Origin: a bacterium
GTDB lineage: Bacteria; Patescibacteriota; Patescibacteriia; UBA2196
Length of the DNA stretch: 64,000 nt
Direction: 5' to 3'
Assembly: GCA_035387885.1 (NCBI GenBank)
Contig: DAOOOW010000001.1
Location: forward strand, 43,392-107,391
Shown here piece after piece: positions 1 through 10,510 of this stretch. Made by a program: the position numbers and the translations under genes. Numbering within the stretch: position 1 is the first letter of the stretch; the number at the start of each line of letters is the position of its first letter. The notes beneath the pieces were generated by a model. It made no database searches and was not told the origin of the DNA. It saw only the letters and a list, made by a program, of their open reading frames with translations.

Positions 1-380
1 CGCTTTTTACATTTTCATTAAAGTAATTTGAATCTTTATTCGGATTCATTCGAAAAAAATTCGTAATAATTCGGAATTTATAATAAAAGATTTTTAAAAG
101 GATATTAGATTTAGTCATATTAGTACGGTCTAGGCTCAATCCCTTACGGGACTTACACCGGACCGCCTATCAACCTCATAGTCTCTGAAGTGACTATAAA
201 TCCTAATCTTGGAGACGGCTTCACGCTTATATGCTTTCAGCGTTTATCCAACCCGAACTTGACTACCCGGCGCTGCCACTGGCGTGACAACCGGCTGATC
301 AGAGGTTCGTCCTTCCCGGTCCTCTCGTACTAGGGAATGAGCTCCTCAAGATTTAACGCTCACAGTAGATAGGAGACCAA

Positions 381-1137
381 CAACTTTGTTACTATTTCTT
401 TTTGAGAAACGGACAAATATTTCTATTTATCTCTCTAATTCGCATTAGAGTTCGGACTATATCTTCCGCGCCTCCTCGGCGGGTCTAGCGTATAGTCTCT
501 GAGGATTTTAAAGATATAAATCTTGTTTTTTCGTTTTACGATACTTACCATTAACATTCATTTTATAAGCCAAATTAATAATTTTTTTAATTCCTGCTCT
601 ATTTGAATGAGCCCCACTTTGCATTAAAAAAACTATTTGCTTAAAAATTGTAAATGACTTTTGTTTGTCAGAAATAAAATTATATTTTTCAAAAAAAGGT
701 ATAATTTTATCAATTAAATCATCTCTATTTCTAACAACAAAAACATATGTATCGTCTTTCTTATTTTTAACATGGTTTTGTTTTAAATATCCGCAATCAA
801 AATATTTCTTTATAGTTTCCAAAATTTCTAATCGTAAATAACTTTGATTAATATGAAATTCTGGAATTACTTTTATTCCCTGTTTCATTTGCGGATCCTT
901 ATAGAAAGCGACATGAAAAGTTCCTTCACCTTCAGTAAAACCAACAATATACCATGGATTTATATGCTTTAATCTTTCCTGCTGATTGTCTGCGCTCAAC
1001 ACATTGTCACTATGTTTTATATTTTTCATCTATTTATTATAACATAGTAGTGTGAGATACTTCAACTCCTGTTCCTAAAAGGAGTTGGCCAGATTTTCCA
1101 GCATTTAGCTAGATTTATAGACAGCATGGATACTCCT
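381..1137 (-). mobile_element. Group I intron interrupting 23S rRNA, encoding a LAGLIDADG homing endonuclease
   Basis: 23S collinearity breaks after ...GAGACAGT (1138) and resumes at TTGGTCTCC (380). The minus-strand base before the 3' exon is G, consistent with the terminal guanosine of group I introns. The insertion point is near the E. coli 2593 region. Confidence 0.7.
508..1029 (-). CDS. LAGLIDADG homing endonuclease (intron-encoded, single-motif)
   Basis: Contains a LAGLIDADG-type motif (WYIVGFTEGEGTF). The ORF lies wholly inside the 23S intron. Confidence 0.85.
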   Translation of the reverse strand: MKNIKHSDNVLSADNQQERLKHINPWYIVGFTEGEGTFHVAFYKDPQMKQGIKVIPEFHINQSYLRLEILETIKKYFDCGYLKQNHVKNKKDDTYVFVVRNRDDLIDKIIPFFEKYNFISDKQKSFTIFKQIVFLMQSGAHSNRAGIKKIINLAYKMNVNGKYRKTKKQDLYL

Positions 1138-1171
1138 ACTGTCTCACGACGTTTTGAACCCAGCTCGCGTA

Positions 1172-1205
<34 letters not shown>

Positions 1206-1212
1206 GCTTCTA

Positions 1213-1248
<36 letters not shown>

Positions 1249-1475
1249 GAACTCCGCCGTCGCTATGGACGCTTGGGCGGAACTAGCCTGTTATCCCCGG
1301 AGTAGCTTTTATTCAATGATCTTTCAGCCACCTATATGGCATGATCGGTTCACTAACTTATGCTTTCGCAACTGCTCGTCTTGTTGGACTTGCAGTAAAG
1401 CAGGCTTAAGGGTTTGCCCTATCAATCCCGTTTCCATCGGGATCTAGCCTACCTTTGTAAATGCCTCCGTTACTT

Positions 1476-1507
<32 letters not shown>

Positions 1508-2889
1508 ACCAGATAATGTCCCCCTATAGGGGTTAGACTTACTAAATAACAAGGGTGGTATCTCACTATTGTCCCGATTGCTCGGGGCTCCCACCTATGC
1601 TGAACATGTTAATCAATAAATCAATATCAAGTTGTAGTAAAGCTTCACGGGGTCTTTTCGTCTAACTGTGAGAAGCCAGCATCTTTACTGGCATTGCAAT
1701 TTCACCGAGTCCCTTTTTAAGACAGTTTTCAGACCGTTATGCCATTCGTGCAGGACGGAACTTACCCGTCAAGGAATTTCGCTACCTTAGGACGATTATA
1801 GTTATCGCCGGCGTTCATCCGCGCTTCGGATCAGAGCTAGTCTCGATAAATCGATTTTCACCCCTCACGTTAACGTTCGGACACTGGCCAGGCATCAGCC
1901 CCTATACGTAGTCTTGCGACTTAGCAGGGACCTGTGTTTTTGGTAAACAGTCGCCTGAAACACGTTGGTTGCACCCCACATTGCTGTGGGGAGAGCTTAT
2001 CCCGAAGTTACGCTCGTTTTTTTGCCGAGTTCCTTAAAAAAGGGTTCTCTCGTTCACCTTAGTATACTCAACCCGCCTACCTGTGTCGGTTTACGGTACG
2101 GTTACTTTAATTCATGACTCTTGGTTTTTCTTGGCATTCAATCACATGAATTCGATCCAGCCGGAGCTTTCACTTCTACCAGCCGCGCCTCGTTAGACTC
2201 GGGCGGAAATCTCAAATTCCAAATCCTAAATTCCAAATAAATATCAAATTTAAAAAATCAAATTATAAATTATTTTAAAATTTAAAAATTTAATCATTAA
2301 AAATTATTTGGAAATTGAAAATTGAAAATTGGAAATTCCGTGCCGAATGCAATGAGGCACGGCCGGAACGTCATAGCCATAGGACGCTCATTCACTTGAA
2401 TACGTCGCCAAAAAGATAAAATTAAAGTAGGACAGGAATATTAACCTGTTCTTCCATCTTGTGTGACCCTTGGGCCATACAATTAGGATCGCCTAACCCT
2501 GGGATGACAGTCATTGCCCAGGAAACCTGAGGCTTTCGGTGGGCAGGATTCTCACCTGCCTTTTTGTTACTCATGCCAACATTCTTACTTCTGCTTCCTC
2601 CACACTCCCTCGCGGGATATGCTTCGCAGGTTAACAGAATACTCCTCTACCACATCACTGCTACGCAGTGGAAATCCGAAATCACAAATTCTAAATCCGA
2701 AACAATATCTAAATTCAAAAAAATAAAATATTAAAATTTTAAATTTAAATTTTTTAAATTTGTTTCGAATTTCGATATTCGAATTTCGTGCTTCCATTGC
2801 GAAGCAATGACATCCTCATCTTCGGTATTATATTTAGCCCCGAACATTTTTGGCGCATCTTCTCTTGACCAGTGAGCTATTACGCTATC

Positions 2890-2921
<32 letters not shown>

Positions 2922-3505
2922 TGGTTGTATGAGAAAAAACACCACCTTTAACACTTAATATAAATTTAGGGACCTTAGATAGAGATCTGGGCTGTTTCCC
3001 TTTTGACAATGAAGCTTAGCCCCCACTGTCTGACTACTGGAAATTTTAACCGGTATTCGGAGTTTGGTTGGGGAGGATATCTTGCGACTCCAGCCCCATC
3101 CAGTGCTCTACCCCCGGTTAAATATTAACCAGCGCTAGCCCTGAAGCTATTTCGAGGAGAACCAGCTATTACCAGGTTCGATTGGAATTTCACCCCTAAC
3201 CACAGCTCATCCCCGCGTGTTGTACGGCGCGTGAGTTCGGACCTCCTCCCACATTTCTGAGGGACTCATCCTGGCCATGGCTAGATCACCTGGTTTCGGG
3301 TCATACACATGCTGCCTTAAACGCCCATTTAAGACTTGGTTTCCCTATGCCTTAATCCGATTAACGGACTTAGACAAGCAACATAAGTATACTCGTTGGC
3401 TCATTCTTCAATAGGCACACCATTGTCCCGATTACTCGAGACTTTGATTCTTTGAAAACGTATGGTTTCAGAAACTATTTCATCCCCCTCACCGGGGTGC
3501 TTTTA

Positions 3506-3536
<31 letters not shown>

Positions 3537-4710
3537 ATCTTCGAAAGTATTTAGCCTTGGGGCATAGTCGCCCCTGCTTCAAACAGGATTTCACGTGTCC
3601 TGCCCTACTTAAGGTTCGTCATAATGAGATCTTTTCTTTTTGTATACTGGACTATCACCATCTGTGGTATTAGCTTTCCAGCTAATTTCTACTAAGAAAA
3701 AATTTTGTAACTCATTTTTTGTGTTATAAGCCACAAAAACTGACGCCTTGCAACACCTTAAACAGCAACGGCTCATACCTTTAAATACCGCTGCTCCGCA
3801 TCGGCATGCTAATTAATACAAATTATTTACGAATTATACAAATATAAATATTCGTAATAATTCGCAATTTTAATTCGCAAAATTCGCAGTCCAATGCGAA
3901 GCATTGGTAAAACACTGTTTAGGTTTAGGCTTTTCCCGGTTCGTTCGCCACTACTACGGGAATCATTATTATTTTATTTTCCTCCGCTTACTGAGATGTT
4001 TCACTTCAGCGGGTAAGCATCCCTCACTAACTTTTTGCTCCTTTAAAATTTAATCTTAAACATTTTTTGTTCATAAATATTTTATTTTTTATTTACAAAC
4101 ATTTTTATAAAAAAGATAAAATAATAAGCAGAAAGTTAGTGAGGGATAACGCAGGTTTACTACGTTGAGTTTCCTCATTCGGAAATCTCCGGATCAAAGT
4201 TTGCTTGGGAACTCCCCGGAGCTTATCGCACCCTGCCACGTCCTTCATCGCCTTTCGAAGTCTAGGCATCCACCATACGCCATAGTTCTAATATCCTTTT
4301 AAAAATCTTTTATTTTAAAATTTGAAACGTATTTATTACGTGCCTGCCCCGCATTTGCGGGGTAAAAAGATCACGCTTGTCCCGCGACTGCGGGATAAAT
4401 TCGCTTCGTTTTTACTCGATGTACATCCAGCACTAACTTTTTGCCAGTTTAAATATTTATTCTTAAAAACATTATTTAAAAAAATAATTTCTATTTTCCA
4501 TTAAACAAGGTCAATTAAAAAATAAATAAGCAAAAAGTTAGTGCTGGATAAATTGCTTTTACTTTATATATTGATTTCTCCTTTAATAAATTTTTAAAGT
4601 CCTATCCTTATCAACTAATTTCCATCTATTATATATAAACAAAAATTAACTGATAAATTTTTTCAAAATATTCGCATTTAATTCGCAATTTCAATTCGCA
4701 CAATTCGCAT

Positions 4711-4743
4711 AAAATAAAATACCCGCTCTTTCTTAAGCGGGCA
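4711..4743 (-). terminator. Rho-independent terminator after rpsR
   Basis: Hairpin GCCCGCTTAAGAAAGAGCGGGT followed by ATTTTATTTT on the minus strand. Confidence 0.5.
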
Positions 4744-4887
4744 AAAAACAAAGGTACACAAAATTAACCGCTTAAAGAAAATAAGATTAGTTTTTTAGTA
4801 TACATAAATAAATATAGTTGTGGATAAGTAAATTTTTATCTTTACCTATTATAGGATATAAAAAAAAGCTTGTCAAATGTTTAAAAG

Positions 4888-5112
4888 CTATTTTTTAATA
4901 AATGGCAAAAGACCCATAATACGGGCTCTTTTTATGGCCGTAGCAACTTTTCTTTGATGTTTCGCGCAAAGTCCAGAACGACGTCGAGGAACTATTCTGG
5001 CATAATGGGAGACAAATCGTTGTAATTCTAAAACATCCTTGAAATCAACAGGAATATTTTTATTGACGCAATAATAGCAATTTTTTTGTTCAGTAGTATT
5101 GGTTGACATCAT
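4888..5112 (-). CDS. rpsR: 30S ribosomal protein S18
   Basis: CYYC...RIVPRRRSGLCAKHQRKVATAIKRARIMGLLPF matches the S18 family. Confidence 0.9.
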   Translation of the reverse strand: MMSTNTTEQKNCYYCVNKNIPVDFKDVLELQRFVSHYARIVPRRRSGLCAKHQRKVATAIKRARIMGLLPFIKK

Positions 5113-5188
5113 ATATATATTCTAAAATTATTTTCTATTTTATTTTCCGCGTAGTTCAGCGTTATGTCCGTTTTAATCAGCATTTTTT

Positions 5189-5707
5189 TTAAAAAGGAAC
5201 AGTTTCTGAAGAAATATTATCAAAATTGACTTCTTCTAAAGGATTGCCAAATTCATCTAAATTAATGGTTTCTATTTTTTCAGTCACAGATTCGCTTATG
5301 GGCATATTTGGACTACTGGCTGATGTAAAAGTATTTTGAGCTGGTCGAGCTTGATAGGAAGAACTACCGTCACTTGGAGTTGTTCTCGGACCGAGTTGAA
5401 TGCTTTCAGCGACAATTTCTGTTTTATATTTAGTTGTACCATCTGGTGCTTTCCAATTTCTGGTTTGTAATCTGCCTTCTACTAAAAGGATACTACCTTT
5501 CCTAGAATATTGATTGACAATTTCGGCCAATCTAGACCAAGCTACAATATTATGAAATTCAGTGGACTCTTGTTTTTGTTTGGCATCATTATACCAGACG
5601 CGATTAGTGGCTAAACTTATTTGGGCCACGGTTTGTCCGGTGGTAGTAGTTCGAATTTCCGGATCTTTAGTTAAGCGTCCGATAAGATAAACTTTATTAA
5701 GATTCAT
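5189..5707 (-). CDS. ssb: Single-stranded DNA-binding protein
   Basis: OB-fold SSB N-terminal domain (VYLIGRLTKDPEIRTT..G..VAQISLATNR). Acidic C-terminal tail ending in F. Confidence 0.9.
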   Translation of the reverse strand: MNLNKVYLIGRLTKDPEIRTTTTGQTVAQISLATNRVWYNDAKQKQESTEFHNIVAWSRLAEIVNQYSRKGSILLVEGRLQTRNWKAPDGTTKYKTEIVAESIQLGPRTTPSDGSSSYQARPAQNTFTSASSPNMPISESVTEKIETINLDEFGNPLEEVNFDNISSETVPF

Positions 5708-5869
5708 ACAATTAGATAATAATTAAACTCGTGGTATTGAGTGATGTTATCGATTACGTGAAGTTGTGTTAAATTTGTTTTTATCGCCACTTTACGCCAT
5801 ATATTACGCCACTTTACGCCATAAGTTAAATTTTCTTAATTGATAAAATTATTTTTTAGGTTAAAATAA

Positions 5870-6418
5870 TTAAACATTTTCATTACTTAAGATATCATCC
5901 AATTTTTGATCTAATTCCTCCATGCTAATTTTATTTTCTTTTTTATGATTCTTGATTTCCAAATCTGGCTCTGCGACTGTTGGTTCCATTACTTTCTCGA
6001 CCACCTCTGGTTCTTTCCTAACATTTTCTCTGCGTTCACTGTTATTATATTGATTATTGGCACCATAAGGGGCTCGAACATCTTCTTCTCTGTAAACCAA
6101 TTTTGGTAACTCTGTTTTTTGGTCAACAAATTTGGAAACTTCAAATCTTAAAATATCTGGCAATAAACGCAACTCACGCCATAGTTTGTCGGCATCTTCT
6201 TTAAGTACATTTTCTAAATCTAAAATAAAATTGGTATAAAAAGCATGACGGACTTTCTTTATAGGGAAAGCCAATTTCCTTTTACCAATTTTATCTTCAG
6301 CAACAACAAGCACGCCAAATTTTTGGAGTAATGCGCTAATATTCTTACTCATTTCCACTAATTGTTCTTCTGTATTATTGGGTAGTAAGACAAATAAATT
6401 ATATTTATTCATAGTCAT
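5870..6418 (-). CDS. rpsF: 30S ribosomal protein S6 (with C-terminal extension)
   Basis: N-terminal S6 fold motifs (YNLFVLL...KRKLAFPIKK..HAFY). Operon context rpsF-ssb-rpsR. Confidence 0.85.
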   Translation of the reverse strand: MTMNKYNLFVLLPNNTEEQLVEMSKNISALLQKFGVLVVAEDKIGKRKLAFPIKKVRHAFYTNFILDLENVLKEDADKLWRELRLLPDILRFEVSKFVDQKTELPKLVYREEDVRAPYGANNQYNNSERRENVRKEPEVVEKVMEPTVAEPDLEIKNHKKENKISMEELDQKLDDILSNENV

Positions 6419-6534
6419 ATTTATAATTATTTAAATATTCGCCTGCCTGCCGGCGAGGCAGGTAATAATTCGGGTAATTATTTTATTCGGATTAATTCGT
6501 AGGTAATATAGATTGACTATAATTTATCATAAGT

Positions 6535-9129
6535 TTATTTTTTTGGCAAGGGGTGCCTCAATCGCCAAATTAAAATAACTAAAATTAAAATAATTAACCA
6601 AGAAAAAACCAACAAATATGGCCACCAAGTACTCAATTTCTTTTCTTGGCCAGAAATTGTTGGATTTTTTGTTTCTTGCGAGTTGTTGGTGATAATAATA
6701 TCTTCTTGGCTTCTTGGCAAAATCCTTAAACCACTTTCGGTGGGCGAAAAAATACCACTTACTGCAACTCTGGCAGCTAAAGTTAAATTAAGTTCAGACA
6801 TATTTAAATTAGTGCCGGACTTTAAAGTTACTTTGATTTCACCGCTCCCATCATCTAACCAAAAATAATCTTTACCAATGTCTGTAATTTCGCCAATTAT
6901 TTTTATTAAAGAACCTTTCCAGGAGTCATCTTCTTTTAATTCAACAATCTCAATTTGTTCGGCTTGAGGCAAATCTGCCAGAGCTATTTTTGTAATGGCC
7001 GATTGATCTTTAATTTTAATTCTTCTTTCACCATAAGCTGTGCTTAATTCCCCAACAATTTGCAGGCGCTCGCCAAGTTGTAATTCTGGCCAATCTTTTT
7101 TAGAAGAATATATTTGTATACCTTCAGTCCCGACCACATAAAAAATGTTTACACCCAAAACTCCAGGCAAAACCGCCACCACTCCCTCGATTTGTACGTT
7201 GGTGCCATCTGCCAATTCTTTAATATCGGCCAAGGTTGTTTTTGTCAAACTTGTACCTAAAACTTTTGTAGTAGTTTTTTTAGTTGTCGCAGTTGTAGCT
7301 GCTTTAGGAGTAGTATTTTCTTCTTCTTGCCACCAAAATTTTTCTGCCACTTCTGATTTAATAATTTCAGTTTTTTCATCAAACAAATTTTCTGAATCAA
7401 TAACTTTTAAACCAATTTTTAAAGGCAATTTATCTAATTTAATAGTTAAAAGCGGGGAAGAGGTCGAAAATGTGCTGGTGGCATTATTTAAAATACTAAC
7501 TGGATAATTAAAATGCCATTCGTAAATTAAATCTTCACCTTCAGGATCACTTGATTCGCTAGCATCTAATAAAATTTCTTGGCCCGAATTTATTTCCCCA
7601 CTGACTTCAAAATAGGCATCAGGGGCTAAATTATTTCTAGTGTATAAATTAATGGCTAAAGGTGTGGCAGTTTTAGACCAATAATATTGTCCATCAGCAG
7701 CCAACATATAGACTTCGCCTTCTAAAACATTTTTAGAATATTTAAGAGTATCGACAATTTTACCTGTTGGATCAAGCAATTGGATTTCTTCACCGCCAGT
7801 ATTTTTTAAATTCAAATTAGTAATATATTTTGGCAAAAGAAAAAAATGTCCAGCTTCCAAATAAGGCCACTTAAAATCTGTTTCTTTAATAATGTATTCA
7901 CCAAGTTCAGTTTTAATTTTCCAATCAACCAAAGGAAACATTTCGCCTTCTAAACTTTTTATTTCTATCCACTCGCCTAAATTTTCTGAATTTATTTCTT
8001 TATTTAAAATTTTTTTCTGATCAAAAGGCTTGTCTAGCTTTAAATTGCCAAAATCTGAGCCAATTGGATTAGCCATAATTTCATTAAGCTTAAATCTTTG
8101 GGCATAAGTTTTTATATAAGATGCGCCCGAACCACCGCCAGCGGTTTCTTTTTGTATTTCCGTAATAATATTATCATTATTTTGTGTTTGGCTAGTACTC
8201 CAATACCAAACACTAAACTCGTCTCTAGCCCAAACAACTTCTTCGGGCGCGCTTTCAATGTAACTAATTTCACAAACTAAATTATTTTGCTCATCAAATA
8301 GACGCACTGTTTCTCCACCTGTATTATTTAAAGATAAACCAGTAATATTTTTGGGTAGCACAAAAAAACCATTGTCCAAAATTGTAGTTGTAGCAAAATC
8401 CGCAATTTTAATAACATAACTGGTGTTAGCCAAATCACTAATTTTCCAATTAATCAAATCAATCGTTGTAGTGCTTAAATTTTTTAATTCAATCCATTCA
8501 TTATCATCAACTCCAGCTGGATTAGGCAGCAACTCATTAATAACGATTTTATGGTCAGAAGTTTCTACGGCTGGCGCGACAACCCCAGAACTATTTTGGG
8601 CTTGGGGTGTACCATTGGCCAGGGCGCTGTTTTGCCAATTCAAATCAGTTTTTCTTTCCATGGTTAATTTATTATCTTTATCACCGGCCAACCAGGCACT
8701 GCTATTATCAACCAGGTCAATAACCTGGCCTTCGCTGTCAATTAACTGCAATATTTCTCCTGTATCTTCCAGAGCACCAGAATAAATTTGATTAGCCACA
8801 ATTTCTGGCACAGTATTATCGTCTGTGCGTTCTAATAGATAATATTCGCCGGCAGCTAAAGTACTAGAAGCTAAGTGGATTAAGGGTGAGCCATCTTCAG
8901 CTTTAAGAATCCAGCCTGTTAAATCAATGCTTTGTGAACTAATATTTTTTAATTCTAACCATTCCTTACTGGATGAATCGCTATTACCCATCCAAGCAAT
9001 TTCATTAATTAAAACATCTTGGAAATTAACTGCTTGCGCTGGTTTTAAAAATAAAAAAATCCCGCTAAATAGCGAGACACCAAAACAAGCAAATATTATA
9101 ATAAATTTTAGCAGTTTACTTTGCATAAG
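6535..9129 (-). CDS. Large secreted/anchored surface protein with three lamin-tail-domain (LTD) repeats, a PKD-like domain, a Thr/Lys-rich linker and a C-terminal TM anchor
   Basis: Start chosen at MQSKLL (signal peptide), because the longer ORF overlaps tRNA-Leu. Repeated NE(I/L)..NP.G.D..EWIELKN.S...IDL..W motifs typical of LTD. C-terminal hydrophobic helix. Confidence 0.7.
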   Translation of the reverse strand, partial: LMQSKLLKFIIIFACFGVSLFSGIFLFLKPAQAVNFQDVLINEIAWMGNSDSSSKEWLELKNISSQSIDLTGWILKAEDGSPLIHLASSTLAAGEYYLLERTDDNTVPEIVANQIYSGALEDTGEILQLIDSEGQVIDLVDNSSAWLAGDKDNKLTMERKTDLNWQNSALANGTPQAQNSSGVVAPAVETSDHKIVINELLPNPAGVDDNEWIELKNLSTTTIDLINWKISDLANTSYVIKIADFATTTILDNGFFVLPKNITGLSLNNTGGETVRLFDEQNNLVCEISYIESAPEEVVWARDEFSVWYWSTSQTQNNDNIITEIQKETAGGGSGASYIKTYAQRFKLNEIMANPIGSDFGNLKLDKPFDQKKILNKEINSENLGEWIEIKSLEGEMFPLVDWKIKTELGEYIIKETDFKWPYLEAGHFFLLPKYITNLNLKNTGGEEIQLLDPTGKIVDTLKYSKNVLEGEVYMLAADGQYYWSKTATPLAINLYTRNNLAPDAYFEVSGEINSGQEILLDASESSDPEGEDLIYEWHFNYPVSILNNATSTFSTSSPLLTIKLDKLPLKIGLKVIDSENLFDEKTEIIKSEVAEKFWWQEEENTTPKAATTATTKKTTTKVLGTSLTKTTLADIKELADGTNVQIEGVVAVLPGVLGVNIFYVVGTEGIQIYSSKKDWPELQLGERLQIVGELSTAYGERRIKIKDQSAITKIALADLPQAEQIEIVELKEDDSWKGSLIKIIGEITDIGKDYFWLDDGSGEIKVTLKSGTNLNMSELNLTLAARVAVSGIFSPTESGLRILPRSQEDIIITNNSQETKNPTISGQEKKLSTWWPYLLVFSWLIILILVILIWRLRHPLPKK

Positions 9130-9210
9130 ATCATTTTTATTATAACACTTTTTAAAAACCGCCAAAAGACTATAAATAAAATTTAAATTAGTATATAATA
9201 AAATCATTAT

Positions 9211-9292
9211 GCCGATGTGGTGCAATTGGTAGACACGCATGGTTTAGGACCATGTGGGGCAACCCATGAGAGTTCGAGTCTCTCCATCGGCA
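9211..9292 (+). tRNA. tRNA-Leu (anticodon TAG)
   Basis: Cloverleaf folded by hand. Anticodon loop TTTAGGA, long variable arm, T-loop TTCGAGT. Confidence 0.85.
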
Positions 9293-9312
9293 AATTTACT
9301 TTAATTCTATAA

Positions 9313-9922
9313 ATGAATGCCTCTAAAAAACACAATAAATTAATAGCGATTTTAGAAATTATTTTAATCTTTATCCTGCCTGTTTTGTTTTTGCGTTTGA
9401 GTATCATACCTAGAAATTTTTATTTACAAGTCTTGACAATTTGTACATTTTTAGTAATTGGATTAATTTTTATAGAAAAAATATCTTCAAAAAATCTAAA
9501 CATTAGAATTGACAATTTTAAAAAAACAATTTTTCCGCACTTTATTATTACTTTTGTGGGGGGGGGTAACTTTAATAGTTATGGCTATAATTCTTCATAA
9601 AGAAAAAATCAGTCTAAACCTCTGGTCGTTATTTTTTTTCTGGTCAATACCCATAAGTTTTATACAAGAATTTTTATACCGAGGCTTTTTAATATACAAA
9701 TTAAAAAAAATATTTAGTTCTAGTATCTTAATAATTCTAATTAATGCCAGTCTGTTTGCTTTTATGCATATTATATATGAACCTCTGGCCTTAATTTTAT
9801 TATTAACTTTTGTTCCTGGGCTTTTCTTATCCTGGTTATCTCTTAAATTCCCCAATCTGTGGCTACTTTCTTTAAGTCATGGCATTCTTAATTTTTTTGC
9901 TATTTGGTATGCTTTTTTTTAA
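9313..9922 (+). pseudogene. CPBP/CAAX-type intramembrane metalloprotease, split by a +1 frameshift in a G7 homopolymer (9558-9564)
   Basis: Two overlapping ORFs (9313-9600 in frame 1, 9509-9922 in frame 2). Deleting one G joins them into a protein of about 200 aa. CPBP motifs EFLYRGF and FAFMHI are present. Confidence 0.6.
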
Positions 9923-9934
9923 CCTTAAATTCTT

Positions 9935-10375
9935 ATGAGAGCATTTAAATATTACACTGTAAGTATCTTAACCTTTTTAGGAAATATTTTTTTGGCTTGG
10001 CTACTCGTATATTATGGGGGAATTCAATATATTATTGCCACGACGCTTGGTTTTTTATTTCAAACCTTGATGGCATTTTTTGTAAATAAAAAATGGACTT
10101 TCCATAAAGTAAAATTCCCGATATTTAAACCAGTTATTAAATTTTTAATTAGTAAAAAAATAATTCATCCGAAAAACAATCTCCCCAAAAGTATTTTAAT
10201 TACTACAATTGTTCAAATACTGGTCTTTCTCTTTGTTATTGCAGGTACAACAATTGGGATTAATACGTTTCAGTGGTCGTTTATTTTTTCTCGAATTTTA
10301 GCAGGAATAATTGCTGGTTTTCTGAGTTATTGCATGGACTCATATTTTACATTTAAAACAATACCATTTCGTTAA
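9935..10375 (+). CDS. GtrA-family membrane protein
   Basis: Four TM helices and a conserved KKWTF motif typical of GtrA-like proteins. Confidence 0.65.
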   Translation: MRAFKYYTVSILTFLGNIFLAWLLVYYGGIQYIIATTLGFLFQTLMAFFVNKKWTFHKVKFPIFKPVIKFLISKKIIHPKNNLPKSILITTIVQILVFLFVIAGTTIGINTFQWSFIFSRILAGIIAGFLSYCMDSYFTFKTIPFR

Positions 10376-10510
10376 ATAGTTAAAATTAATATATTATTCT
10401 TTTCCTTAAAAATCTGTTATAATAAATTCATCTTAAATATTTTCGCGTTCTTCCGCGATTTCTGTCAGCGTCCAGTCCGCGTCCAGTCCGCGTTAGTCCG
10501 CGTTTATTAT

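Noticed and set aside
1-100. 5S rRNA downstream of the 23S 3' end
   Set aside because: The 100 nt available are AT-rich ATTCGNA repeats with no 5S-like helices. A 5S gene, if present, lies outside the window.
6683-9145. Plus-strand ORFs 6683-6868, 7145-7507, 8098-8280, 8423-8785 and 8927-9145
   Set aside because: They are antisense inside the well-supported 2.6-kb LTD surface-protein gene. The same applies to antisense ORFs inside uvrA, recG, glyA, pilT, recA, ftsK, pnp and dnaA listed in the track.
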